64,000 nt of DNA from Cycas panzhihuaensis (taxonomy: Eukaryota; Plantae; Cycadophyta). Below are positions 38,070 through 50,173 of the stretch, piece by piece. Within the stretch, counting starts at the first letter, position 1, and each line of letters opens with the position of its first letter. The translations under genes were made by a program, and so were the position numbers. The DNA lies in contig CM041465.1 in NCBI GenBank assembly GCA_023213395.1, positions 103,795,741 to 103,859,740 of the forward strand, in the 5' to 3' direction. The notes beneath the pieces are model-generated. The model saw only the letters and a list, made by a program, of their open reading frames with translations, ran no database searches and had not been told where the DNA came from.

Positions 38070-41000
38070 CCAAAACCTCGAGGTGGTAGTGAAGATTGCC
38101 TCGAATCTGTATAGTGCTTGAAAGCGAGCCATTTTTGTCGCTGTATGGTAAGTGGTGTTATACCACCATCTAGCCAAATGGAGCCATTTGTGCCAAAGTT
38201 GTTGCTTGTTAGAGGTGAAATTCCATAGATACCCTTCTTGGCACTTGTTTACAACTTCAAACTGACTGTCTATTTGCGGGTGGTATGTTGTGCTCATGGA
38301 TAGTACCTCCCAGTCTGAATAAGTCTTGCCAGAAATGGCTTTTTAACTTTGGGTCAGGGTCACTGACTATGACTTTAGGGAACTTGTGTTGATGATGCAT
38401 TTCTTTTATGAAAATTTTGGCTACTTGGCTTACTTTTGCTGTCAATTAAATTTCCCTGAAATACACATATTTTGTTAGATGATTGACAACCACAATATGG
38501 CATGCTCACCCTATGATTTTAGTAGGCTTGTGATGAAATCCATTGAGATTTTTTCCCAATTTTGCTGTGGGATTAGTAGAGGCCAAAGCAATCCAGGACT
38601 TTTTATGTTCTCATTTTTATTCCTTTGACAAGAATCACATTCTGATACGAATTTGAGAACGTCAACTTTCATCCCTTTTCAAAAGAAAGAGTCTTGAACC
38701 TTGCGATATGTTTTCTTGATTCCTGTTTGTCCTGCCCTAAGCACATAATGTGCTTCTCGTAGTAGCATCTCTTTTACTTTTAATGATGTTGGAATAAATA
38801 TCTTTCGCTTCTATAGAATCAAGCCTCCTTGTAGACTATACTTGGTACTCCCTTGGTTCTTGATCTTACCCAATATCTTCCCCGAGAGAGGATCATTCTA
38901 GTAGTCTTGGATTAGTTTGTGAGTCCATCTAGGAGTGGCCACTGATATTGCTTGTAGAGAGATTTTTGCAGTTTGATCTTGTTCACCGTTGTCTTTTGGT
39001 ATCTGCAATAATGCATCTATGATCACATTCTCTTTGCCCTTTTTGTATATAGTACTAAAATCAAATGTCTGCAACTTATTCACCCATTTTTGTTGTTCAT
39101 CTGAAAGATTTTTTTGGTTAAGTATTTGTGGCTGTTGTGATTTGTTTTAATCATGAATCTATTTTCTAGTAAATATTGTTGCAAGTGATGAATAGTGTGC
39201 ATAATTGCAAGTATTTCTTTGTCGTAGATAGGTTTGAATCGTTGCCTACTGTTCAACATTCTGCTTTTGTATGTTAGTGGCTGCTCATTTTGGAGGAGGT
39301 TTGCTCCTATCGCAGTTCTTGACGCATCACACTCTAGGGTGCAGGCTGGGAAAAGTTCAGAGTTGTGAACACAAGAGTGGTGATCATTGCTTTCTTGAGG
39401 CCTTGGAAAGCGTCCTCTGTTAGGGGGTTCCAAGCGAACACATCCTTCTTCTCAAGGATGTGAGCGTACCCTTTTATGAACTTCCTAAGAAATCTTGTTG
39501 TGCCTAGGAAGGCTCTGACCCTTGTGACATTCTTGGGAGTGGGCTAGTTAATGTTGGCTTGGACTTTCTTGGGATCCATCTTGATCCCCAATAATGGGAG
39601 TTGTGAAATAATGTGTCCCAGATATTCAAGCTCCTCTTTCCCAAACGTGCATTTCTTTTTGTTGGCAAAACCTTGATTGCTCTGTAAGATCTGGAGAACA
39701 ACCTTGATATGTTCTAAGTGTTCCTCCCACGTTGTGCTATGGATTAGAATGTCGTCAAAGAAAGCTAGCACAAATTTTCGTAAGAAGGGTCTTCGTATGG
39801 TATTCATGATGGATCCCCTCTTGCGAAATAATGTGTCCCAGATATTCAAGCTCCTCTTTCCCAAACGTGCATTTCTTTTTGTTGGCAGAAAGTTGATTGC
39901 TCTGTAAGATCTAGAGAACAACCTTGATATGTGCTAAGTGTTCCTCCCACGTTGTGCTATGGATTAGAACGTCGTCAAAGAAAGTTAGCACAAATTTTCA
40001 TAAGAAGGGTCTTAGTATGGTATTCATGGTGTTCTGGAACATTGTTGGTGCAATCATTAGACGGAATGGCATAACTCTGAATTCAAATAGCCCCTTATGA
40101 GTGCGAAAGGTTGTCTTTTGAATGTCCTTTGTTTTGATGCAGATCTGGTATTATCCTGATCGAAGATCGATCTTTGAGAAGTATTTCACCCCATGTATTT
40201 CATCTAACAAGTCATCTGTCTGTGGGATAGGATAGTGATTCTTGATAGTTATCTTGTTTAGTCCCCTATAGTCAACACACATATGGTTAGTCCTGTCCTT
40301 TTTTTGCTTAAGTATAACTGGGGATGCAAACAGACTTGTGTTGTTTGCGATATATCCTTAGTGTAAGAGTTCTTTGGTTATTTGTTCTATCTCCCTCTTA
40401 AACTGGTAGGGATCATGGTAAGGACGATTATTGATTAGTGTAGCTCTGGGTACTAGCTTGATGGTGTGTTGGCATCCGCGATAGGGGAAAAGCCCCAACG
40501 GGGGTTCCTTGAGCACTGAGCTGCTTTGTCTATGACTTCCTATACCTCCGTCAGAATTTTGTCTGTTGCGATCTTATAACATGTCATTATGTATGTGGTG
40601 GGATTTTTCTTCAACATCTTCTCCATACGGTGGGATGTCACGAGCTACATTGGCGGTGTAAAGGTTGTTTGTAGCGTATAATGTTACCCTTTTTGTTGAA
40701 ATCTCATGATCCATGTTCTGAAATTAGTGACTACATTCCCTAATGTTTGTAGCCATTGTACCCTTAGTATGGCATCAACTCCTACCGTCATTGCAAACAT
40801 GAGGGTGGTTACTGAGTAATTTTTAATCTAAAGGATCGCCTTTGGGCAATAACCCCCACAAGTCATGGATTTTCTGTTTGCGATGGCAACTTGAAAAGTG
40901 TTGAGCACTTTGATGGGTATGCTCAATTTCTTTGCGGTAGGTCAACTTATGAAATTGTGGGTGCTCCCACTATTGATGAGGATGACAACTAGTGATCCTT

Positions 41001-41300
41001 GTATCATCCCTTGGAATCGTAATGTTTGAAGTGTGTTACTTTGTTCCATGATGGTTTGTAGTGATATTTACACTCTTTTGGTGTTCAGATCCAGAAGCTC
41101 CCCTACTTTGGCCTTTGGAATATTTTCTTCTTCCTGATCTTCTCTTGGGGCAGTTACTTCATCATTTCAGATCATAAAGACTTTCTTTGACAGACATTGA
41201 TGATCTTTATTCCATTTCCCCTAGCATTTAAGGCATGCTCCTCCCTTAAGGTGTTCGTCTCTTGATACTACGCTTGTTTCGTTTGGGTTTCTTCTTGTGA
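38070..41300 (-). mobile_element. Decayed Ty3/Gypsy (chromovirus-like) pol: protease, RT, RNase H, integrase
   Basis: Protease ILINSGSTHNFI (~40950-40985), RT FFDDILIHS..WEEHLEH, RNase H LECDAS...YDKEILAI, integrase STTYHPQIDSQ.EVVN...WWYNT. A 220-bp internal tandem duplication starts at 39605 and 39825. Confidence 0.9.
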
Positions 41301-41811
41301 GTGGGGGATTTGCTTTTGTTCCTGACCTGGTCCAATTAGAGTTCTAGTAGATGACGTAGTCACATGGATTTTTTCATAGGTGGGTAGCTCTTTTTTAGCA
41401 CAAAGGAACTGGAACACACATTGCTTCATTCACTTTGTTTTGAGAAATAGGTTGGGGTCGAGTAAGGCTGAGGTCTTGGTGTTCATACACTCTAACTTTC
41501 TCCGGGAGAAGTAACTTCTTCAACAGTTGTTTAAGTGACCAATCAAGATTAATTTCATCATGACCTTGATGACTTTTTTGATGTATGATGATACATTTGA
41601 TGCATCTTATAAAAAGTAAATTTGTAATTGAATCTTCATGTTATTTTGACATTTTATGAGTCAGATTCTCTTTCAATTTTATCTTTTCTATTTTAAAATG
41701 CATAGATTAATTTTGTATTTTCAATTCAAAAATGCAAATACCTTTTTCAATTATGTATTTTCAAATTATAAATGTAAATAATTGTTACTATTCTGTATTC
41801 TCTTGCAAATC

Positions 41812-41830
41812 TGTGTGTGTGTGTGTGTGT
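41812..41830. repeat. Short (TG)n microsatellite
   Basis: TGTGTG run of about 9 units. Confidence 0.8.
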
Positions 41831-43890
41831 TTATGCATTTCTTGATTTTTGTTTCCATGTTTCAAGCTACTTAGGTTCCATGTAATTTGTCTTAATGTTT
41901 TGGAATGCATCAAACAGGTAGGCATTTTTGGGAAAAAAAAAAGTGGAGTAAACTTTTAATGTTGTAGAGTTTAGACAAGAAATGCAAGAAAATATTGGAA
42001 ACACGAAATAAGCAAATGTCAGGAAATGACATGAAACACCAGGAAATATTAAAAACATCAAGAAGAAATTCCAACAAACACTGGAAAGTGTTTTTGTTCC
42101 CCAGTAGATGCGAAGTGCCATTTCTTGCATTTGTTGCCATGTGTGTAATGCTTGGAAAATGTTTTTGCTTCCCAAGAAATGCAAAATATCATTTCTTACT
42201 TTTTGTTATCATGTGTTGTTGGTGATAATGATTTGTGTGCAATGCTTCTGGTTTGAATTGTTATTGAGAGGAGGGTGTTGCTCTAAACCTGGTGTTCATA
42301 GGCTTACTTTATCCAAGTACTTGGGTTATTTCTTGTGATTATCATTTGTGTGTGATGCTTCTCGTGCAATATGATTTGTTCATGAGATAAGTTTGATGCT
42401 CTGAAGTTGGTGTTTGTCTACTTATCTTGTCCGTCTAATAGCAGAGATTCACGAAAAGTATTGCACTATTCGCTAGTGAGTGGTATTATTGGACCAGCCC
42501 TTCAGTGGGAAATGTTCATCATCCCAGATAATGACCACATTCCAACATGACCGACCTACATAGATACAACCTCTTTGATATGTACAGTTCATGTTGGAGA
42601 GATACAAATTTGGACTAAGCCTAAGCATTAAAAGCAAAGGCCACTTCACCCTTAACTCTCAGCCTTCAAGTTTGAAGTTGAGAAACTCCTTAAAGTTGGC
42701 TTCATTGATTTGATTAATTAATTATTCATAAAAGGTATCTAACATCATTCATGTTGCAAGACTCTCCATCAAGTACACTACACCATTGCCTCCCCCACGG
42801 GTTGAACGGGCCCTGAATTTAACTTGCGTTATCCTTGCCTTGAATTCTTTTGGCCTGGCAGGAGATCTAAAACTAACTTATTCTTGCACTGGTTTACAAG
42901 TGGGCTTGAGAGCGGAATCATTTAGCTGATAATAACCAACTTGGAGGCCTGAAAACTTATTAGCCATAGTTGACATAGCTTAATAGTGCTGCTATGCTGA
43001 GTAAAACTATGGGATGTGCCTTTCCTTAGCTGTGCTTAGGAAAGGTTTAACCTCCATATTCTCACATGGCTGTTAGTTAGGGATCTGAGCTATTCTATGC
43101 TATAGCATTTCACCTATTTTCTAATTATTTGTTGTAATTTTTTGATTTGTAGTCTTTGAAATTTGAAACAATTCTATTATCTAGCTTTTATGCTATTTCT
43201 GAAGATTCCTATATTGATGAATAGGGTTGTTCGGCGCTGTTGGCCTACTAACCGATGAAGTATTCTCATGCCATCTTAGGCCAGTTTCTTGCTTAGAATA
43301 AAAGGGGTTAGGTTTCTACATTCATTTTCTAGTAGACTCTGCCCATTTTTGTCTTTGTCTGCACTTTTATTGTTGAATGAGAAGCATAACGGGTCATCTG
43401 TATCGGAGGAGTGGCTAATCTTCTGCTTGTCACTGATCTTTTATAAAGAGAATATGAAATCATTTTCAGTGGTTTACAAAAACATGTTTAGGAAGTTCGC
43501 ACCATCCTGATGGTTTTGTCTTATCAAGAAATTTTCTACTGTTATAATGAAGGCTTGGGCATTAATTTTGAATACCATAAATAAATTCCAAAATGCAAAC
43601 ATGTATGTTCTACTCTTGTTTACTCCCTGCATTTGTTCTTGTTCTTTTCTGAGGGGTTAAAGAATTTGCATGTTATGATTGCTACTGTTTGTTCTCTTCT
43701 CTCTCCATGGAAATTGTTTTTGGGGACATCTGATGTTATGTCAAGGCAATTCAGGTTCCTGCTTAAAGAGCATATTCTGATTATAGTGCACTAGGCCTGG
43801 CACAAGTGGAATTTTCATCTTCTGTGATTGATGTTGGGGTGATTAACATGTATTTGTGATTTATTGTTTTTGCAGCATGTCATCTTGTTT

Positions 43891-43918
43891 TACTCACGTA
43901 TTATATAATGTTGTGCAG
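43891..43918 (+). promoter_or_regulatory. Branch point and 3' splice site of the PRP38 last intron (phase 2)
   Basis: TACTCAC at 43891-43897 and TTGTGCAG| ending at 43918, at the switch from T-rich to purine-rich coding sequence. Confidence 0.75.
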
Positions 43919-44414
43919 GGATCGCAATTATGACAGGGATTATGATCGTGACCGTGGTAGAGGAAGGGATAGAGACAGGGAGAGGGACCGAGAGAGAGAT
44001 TATTATCGTGACCGTGATCGATTGCGAGACGACAGGGACATCCTCAGGGAAAGAGACAGGGAATATTACAGAAGAGATCGTGAAAAGGAAAGAGAGAGAC
44101 ATTGGGATAGGGACAGGCGGCGCAGTCGGTCACGCAGTCGTAGCAGGAGTAGGGATAGGAGAGAACGAGATTATGACATGTTGCCTGATCATAAGAAAAG
44201 ACATCGTAGTGCAAGTCCTCAGAACCGTAGACGACTGGACAAAGATGTGTTGGAAGAAGGAGAGCATCGCAGTAACCGAGATGAACAAAAGAGGAAAAAG
44301 GAAAAGAAAGAAAAGAAAGAGCCTGCAGCTGATGGAACAGATCATCCCGACCCAGAAATTGCAGAAGCAAACCGCTTGCGTGCGGCTTTGGGATTGAAGC
44401 CTTTAAAGCCTTGA
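43919..44414 (+). CDS. PRP38: Terminal coding exon of pre-mRNA splicing factor PRP38 (PRPF38A-type): RD/RE/RS tract, Lys-rich segment, C-terminal HIND motif
   Basis: [11 protein letters not shown]...[10 protein letters not shown]...KKEKKEK...[27 protein letters not shown] matches the characteristic C-terminus of plant PRP38 proteins as I recall them. The ORF-track ATG at 43908 is intronic. Upstream exons are not in the window. Confidence 0.9.
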
Positions 44415-45333
44415 AATGAATAGAATATAGTCTGGCTAGCTTGATTTCTACCTCCATGGTTTGGTCCAACTTCATGGTGTACATCTTTTGGGTATTCCTG
44501 ATTTATCATCTTCCAGGTATTACCTCTTTGAAGGGGTGGTAAGAGTATGCTTTGTGGGGATATATATTGTATATTAGCAGTTATTTGTACACAAATTTAA
44601 TGCTGAACATGACCTTAATTATTATGCTTTACATGTGTATATTTGTGAAATGAAGTTCTGCATTCTGATCATTTTGCAATAGCTTCCATGGTGTGTGTTC
44701 CCAAATAGAACTAGTTGAACAAGCTGTGAATTAAGGATAACTGCTGAGCTATACCTATACTTCAGCCTAGTTCTCTGGATCCACAGTGCTAAGACTTACA
44801 GAATTTATAGTATATTGGAAAGAACTTACCAGCCATTTTGAAAAATTGAGCTGTATCTGCCATCTGTCAAAATGTTTTCTATGGCTGGAAGTGTGCTCTA
44901 TTTTATTTACGTCGCCATTTTAAAATTAGTACATATGTACACCTTATCCTAAGGAGAATTGAGAATTTTTTTACTGCAAGAATAAATAAGCTGTCTTTAT
45001 TTGTTCACATTTATCAGATTGTACCCTTGTATTTGCAATTATGTTGGCATAGCTTTTGGTAATTTTTTTTTTTTTTTCAAGAATAAATGATTGTCTTGAT
45101 TTATCAATGCCTATCAGGTTATACCCATGTACCTGTGATTATGGGGATCTAGCTTTTTGGCTATTGCATGATGTGTACAGGGGTGCACTTTGCTAACTAA
45201 AATAGAGTGCTATTTCTTGCTAATGCATGCATTGAGATTACTGTGGTAATCATTTGAACATGTCAATTACAAAAGTTCTCTACATTGCCTTTAGAGATTA
45301 TTTCTATGATTATAACTGCTTCTCTCTTGTTTG

Positions 45334-46242
45334 TGATGTTTGTCCCACATTAACTGCGTGGGGGTGCCTTCAGTGGTTCAAAAGGCCCAATATGCCTCAA
45401 AATTTTTTGCCAATCTAAATGAGTCCACTTGCCTCTGCTTGGAGCGGGTGGGGCCTTCCCTATATGCTTGCACCAGTACTAACAACATGGTTGGGGTGTT
45501 GTGCCATTGAGTAGTGCCTTGTTGGATTACACCTACAGAGTCTTTGGGGGAAGCCATTGTTGGGTGGGTGCGTGTGTGTGCAATAATAAAGTTGGAACCT
45601 ATGTTTGGCACCTTGGAATTGTTTCTATGACTATAACATCTCCTCTCCTCCCTATGATGCTTGTTATGATGCTTGTTCCACGTTGATTGCATGGGGGTGC
45701 TTTCAATGGTTCAAAAGGCCTAGTATGCCCCAAACCTTTTGCCAAATCCATACAAGTCCACTTGCCTTGGCTTGGGGAGGTGGGGGCTTCCTCACATGCT
45801 TGTATTGGTACTAACAACATAGTTGAGGTGGTTGCGGTGTTGAGTAGTGCCTTGTTCGATTACACCCACAGAGTCTTTAGGGGACGTGTTGTTGGGTGCA
45901 TATGTGTGTACTACAGGTCGATATACAGGTCCATTATTGTGTGTGTGTGTGTGATAAAAATGTCAGATGCACCTATGCTTTGGTGCATTGGAATTGTTTT
46001 TACGACTATAACAACCCCTCTCCTCCTCGTGATGTTTGTCCACATTGGCTGTGTGAGGGTGCCTTCAGTGGTTCAAAAGGCCCAGTATGTCATGGTCAGG
46101 AAGGTTGGGGTGTTATGTTGGATTACGCCCACAGAGTCATTGGGGGATGCTGTTATTGGGTGCATGTGTGGGATAAAAAGTTGGATTCACCTCTGCTTGG
46201 TGCCTTGGAATTGTTTCTACAACAGCTCCTCTTCTCTCCTCT
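45334..46242. repeat. Diverged tandem repeat of ~330-360 bp units, about 2.6 copies
   Basis: Motif GGGTGCYTTCARTGGTTCAAAAGGCC with downstream GGATTACACC...AGAGTC and TTGGAATTGTTT recurs in units starting ~45334, ~45667 and ~46030. Confidence 0.8.
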
Positions 46243-47085
46243 CTAAATATAGAAATCACATCCTTTGTGATTGTTATGATGGCACATATTTATTGGGGGG
46301 GCATAAGCAGTTTTGGACAGGTAATGATAACTCTACTGGATTTTGGGTGATTGTGGTGAAGGTAGTAACAGAATTATTGTCAAATATACATGTTTCATAT
46401 TAAATTTCAATGGATGCTTTTAGGCTGATTCCCAGGAGGGCGAGTAAATTTTGGATTGGTCATGCCAACCAATTAAGAATTTTGATGGATGTCTTCTAAG
46501 GAGAATATTCAAAATATATGGGGTTATTAAATCCAAAAATGGGTGAAAAGAAAATGAAAGAGCTTTGCTAGCACCACTGGTTGACATTTATTATTTTCAT
46601 CACTACCTATGGATGCTATTGTGTAGATGTGGTGGACCTTTTCATGGTGTATTCAGTATGTTATTTGTTGACTTTTGTTCATTGGTTCTATTGGTTTGTT
46701 GCCTTCTTATTCCTTGGGTTATGTGGGATCCTATTGTATGATGCCATCCTTTTGTTTCAAATGTTAGAAAACTTGCATATTATTGATACAAATGTGAGTG
46801 AGTTTCCTCAAAGGAGGAACAGGGATAATTATTCCCTTTTGTAGTAGAATGCAATTCTGCCTTGCCAAGGGGTTTTCTTGGAATGTATATTACTTGGCCT
46901 TGTATTTGCATTTGATAGCTGAAGCTGTGTCTCCGGACTACATTATAAACAGCTTGAAAACTGAAGGTATAACAATATCCACCCTGATTATAGCAATATC
47001 CATAAAGATTTTCTTTTGGTTATCTTTTCTATTCGTTTCGCTTTCTGTATTACAATCGCTTGGACTGCCATAAAATTTTACCATC

Positions 47086-47750
47086 TCACTAGTGTCTTGC
47101 AGTGTTTGAATGCCTTGCTTCTACTCATCTTCCTTTTGGTTTTTGCCATTCACAGTGTCTCTTCCTTGTGTTGATTTCACCCATTAATTTGGACTCCTTT
47201 CTTTAGCTGTAGATATCAATGGCTGTGTGTTTTCTTGTCTGTTGTTTGTCTCTACTTTCAACTTGCTACCTAATGGTCTACATTTTAGGCACCTAAGAAA
47301 ACTAAAGGTAAATCAATATCCATCTTGTTTTTTTTCTTTTCCAGTTGTTCTTTCTATGTGATAATTTTTGACTGTTGGCGGTATTTCTATAATTGTTTTT
47401 ACTGCTTTGAAAATCTAGCAGCTCGCTAGCGTCTTGTAGTGTTTGAATGCCTCCCTTGCCATTCTCCTTTCTAGTTTGATCTGTTTTCTGTTGCGGTTAA
47501 CAGTGTTTGAATGTCTCCTCCCTCCTAGTTGTCTTGAATGTGTTTCATTCTATTTTCTTTTGTTGTGAACATCAAAGGATATGCATTTTCTCTCATCTGC
47601 TGTTTCATGCCTTTCAACTTGCTAATACGCGATGCCCATGATTTTGGAGGCTTTTGGAAACTAGAAAGGTATGTCAATATCCATCATGTTTTTCTTTTTG
47701 TTTGGAATTCATCTTTTTTCTATTTGTTCTTTGTTCTTACTCTTTAACTG
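47086..47750. repeat. Old tandem duplication with ~340 bp period
   Basis: CTAGYGTCTTGYAGTGTTTGAATGCC in blocks at ~47086 and ~47422; TCAACTTGCTA...TCAATATCCATC at ~47258 and ~47614. Confidence 0.65.
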
Positions 47751-47997
47751 CTGGCATCATTATAGCAATTATTTTCACATCTTAAATGTCTTGAATTTGC
47801 TATTTGGTTTGGCCTAGTTTTGCCTGCTATTTACATAATGGCTTTGTGTGTATTTTCAACCTTTGGAGTGAAGTCGAAAACATCAACTATCTTGAAACTA
47901 TCTTTATTTCTTGAAGTAGTACTTCATTTAGTTTGCTCGTCTTTGGAACAAAGATTTTACTTTGATGTCGTATTTGACATGCCTTAAAGCCTTGTGT

Positions 47998-48110
47998 GCC
48001 TTATCGACTTGCTGCTATATGTTAGTAGTTATACATAAATATAACATAGATAAGCCTTGTCGACTTGCTGCTGTATTTTAGCAGCTATACATAAATATAA
48101 CATAGATAAA
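47998..48110. repeat. ~56-bp tandem duplication
   Basis: GCCTTRTCGACTTGCTGCT...TACATAAATATAACATAGATAA occurs twice. Confidence 0.85.
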
Positions 48111-49399
48111 ATATTTGTAAGCATATATATACACAATATTCACACTTTTTTCATGTAATTCATAATTCTATTAAACAATGCTCATGAATGCTTCACCTTT
48201 TGGGTATGTTTGAATGTTTAGTTCTCACATTGGCTCTCATATTGAAATTGGGATGAGAATTTTCTATTAATATTATGTTTACAACCATTTTGATATAAAG
48301 GGTACAACCATTATATGATTTTTGACTTTTCATAACAAATTCTAGTTGCAATTCACTACTTGTGCCCTTTTTTTTTTACACTTGTTTGAACACTTTTTAG
48401 TGTAGTCGTCGGAGTGGTGAATCGTCCCCTTGTCACTATTCCCATTCATTTTTAGTTGTTTCCATTCCATAGTAAACCATTATTTGTTTCTTGAGAGTTG
48501 TATTGTAACTAACTATTACAATCATTCTTGCAGTTGTTCTAATAATTTCAAAGTGTGCTTTTCATTGTTTTTTTCTCTCATAGTTTTGCCATTCTATGGT
48601 TAAAGTTGTCCTGAGGTCATTCCCAAATGTTTCAAGTGCCCATGCATGAGTTTTCATGCATACATCTATTTTAGAGTTTGAAAAATGTTAAGAGTATTCT
48701 TGTTCAACTAGGAAAAATAATGTTGTCACAAAATTTTCATTTATGTAGTGTGTCATCTTCTCCCACTTCTTCTTTTGAATCACCCCTGCAACTAGGTGAC
48801 TTGTGCTTCTCTACTGTGCACATCTTTGTGTAGCTATTGCGCTATATGTTTGAGCTTGATTGCCATATCTTTATTCAATTTTGTTAAATTTTCAACCTCT
48901 GGTGCTTTCTTTTATTAGTGCTTGTTCCAATGTCTTGATTTTTTAATTCATAAATATCATTTTTGTTTGAATTTTCTCCAACCATTCTTTCATTCGTTGG
49001 ATTTTATTACTTGTGGCTTCCCTTACTCATGGTGTACTCTATGGTGCCTCCATGTATTGGTGATGGTTGTGGGAATGGGGTCAATTCTAGTTCTTGCAGT
49101 TTTGCTTTTGATTATGATTTTGACTTGACCATTTGACGTATATGCTTCATTGTTGCCTTCAAAAGAAAAGTAAAGTATAAAGATGTCTCACTTGAAATTT
49201 CTCCTAATTTATAGATTATTTACTAGCTTTTATTATCATTTCAAATTCTAATAATTTGCTTTTGTTTTTCTACCAAATATGTTAGCACAATAAATATAAT
49301 AAGTGATAATAAAAATGGACTTGCAAAGAAGTAAAAATGAAACTAAAAATTGAATTAACCCAAAATAATGATTAGAAAAAAATTTATTATTCTAATAAG

Positions 49400-49930
49400 T
49401 TAATTAAATGTTTGGATGAAGGGAAGCCAACAATAGTGCGAAGAAAAAAGATCACAACTCGTGCACAACAAATATTTGCTACCAAAGTAAAGAAGTCGAT
49501 GAGGAAAGGTTGGAAAGCATATGCATCCTATGTTACCAAAGAAGACGCCCAAACAAGATTAACTCTTAAAAGATATTCTTTTGGTGAAAGAGTTTCAAGA
49601 TGTTTTCTTGGATAAATTACTAGGGTTACCACTTAAGAGAGATGTAGATTATTCCCTATAGCTTGTGTTAGAAGTAGGATTAGTTTCTTATATAGTCTAG
49701 TCATTACTGGATTGATTGAAGTAAAGGTGCATCTATGAGAGATGTTAGATAAGGGATTTATTAGACCTAGTACATCACCATGAGAAGGTCTAGTTTTATT
49801 TGTAAAGAATAATGATGGATCACTGAGGCTATGCATTGGTTATAGATAGCTAAATAAATTTATTGTCAAGAATAAATATCCATAATCTTGGGTAGAGGAC
49901 TTGCTCGACGAGATGAGAGGAGCAATTTGA
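49400..49930 (+). mobile_element. Decayed Gypsy RT N-terminal fragment
   Basis: EMLDKGFIRPSTSP*..LVLFVKNNDGSLRLCIGYR*LNK.IVKNKYP*..VEDLLDEMRGA. Confidence 0.85.
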
Positions 49931-50065
49931 GATAACTATTTGAAGTTATTATGAGTTGATGGTGTTACGTGATACATCCTGTTATATTCTATATTAGGGT
50001 TTGATGAAGGATACATGAAGCCAAAAACAACTAAGAGTTAATTAAAAACACAGTGATTGTTGAAG

Positions 50066-50173
50066 ATGCTAGGAAATTATGACATAATTCAGGCATGTGC
50101 TATATGCAAGTATCAGAGGAAGAAATGCTCTTCAGAATTCCCATTAGCTCCTTATGCTATTTGTATCCCTTAA
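50066..50173 (+). pseudogene. Fragment of a LOB-domain (LBD/ASL) transcription factor gene, zinc-finger-like C block only
   Basis: Manual translation gives MLGNYDIIQACAICKYQRKKCSSEFPLAPYAICIP*. This matches the LBD CX2CX6CX3C-x-LAPY block (CKYQR type), with the 4th Cys changed to Phe and the rest of the domain missing. Confidence 0.75.

Noticed and set aside
41920-42185. Imperfect inverted match (GCATTTTTGGGAA / TTCCCAAGAAATGC), possible MITE
   Set aside because: The match is short and imperfect in AT-rich sequence, with no TSD or empty site to define it.
42783-42840. GC-rich stretch with a B-box-like GTTCAACCC on the minus strand (tRNA or SINE?)
   Set aside because: I could not build a T-stem, a cloverleaf or an A box.
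43890-44484. Alternative-frame and antisense ORFs over the PRP38 exon (43930-44397, 44044-44484, 43890-44102, 44130-44345)
   Set aside because: They are shadow frames of a low-complexity purine-rich exon.
45687-46403. 238-aa ORF, the longest in the window
   Set aside because: It lies in the ~340-bp tandem repeat, is Cys/Val-rich from TG runs, and has no family similarity I recognise.
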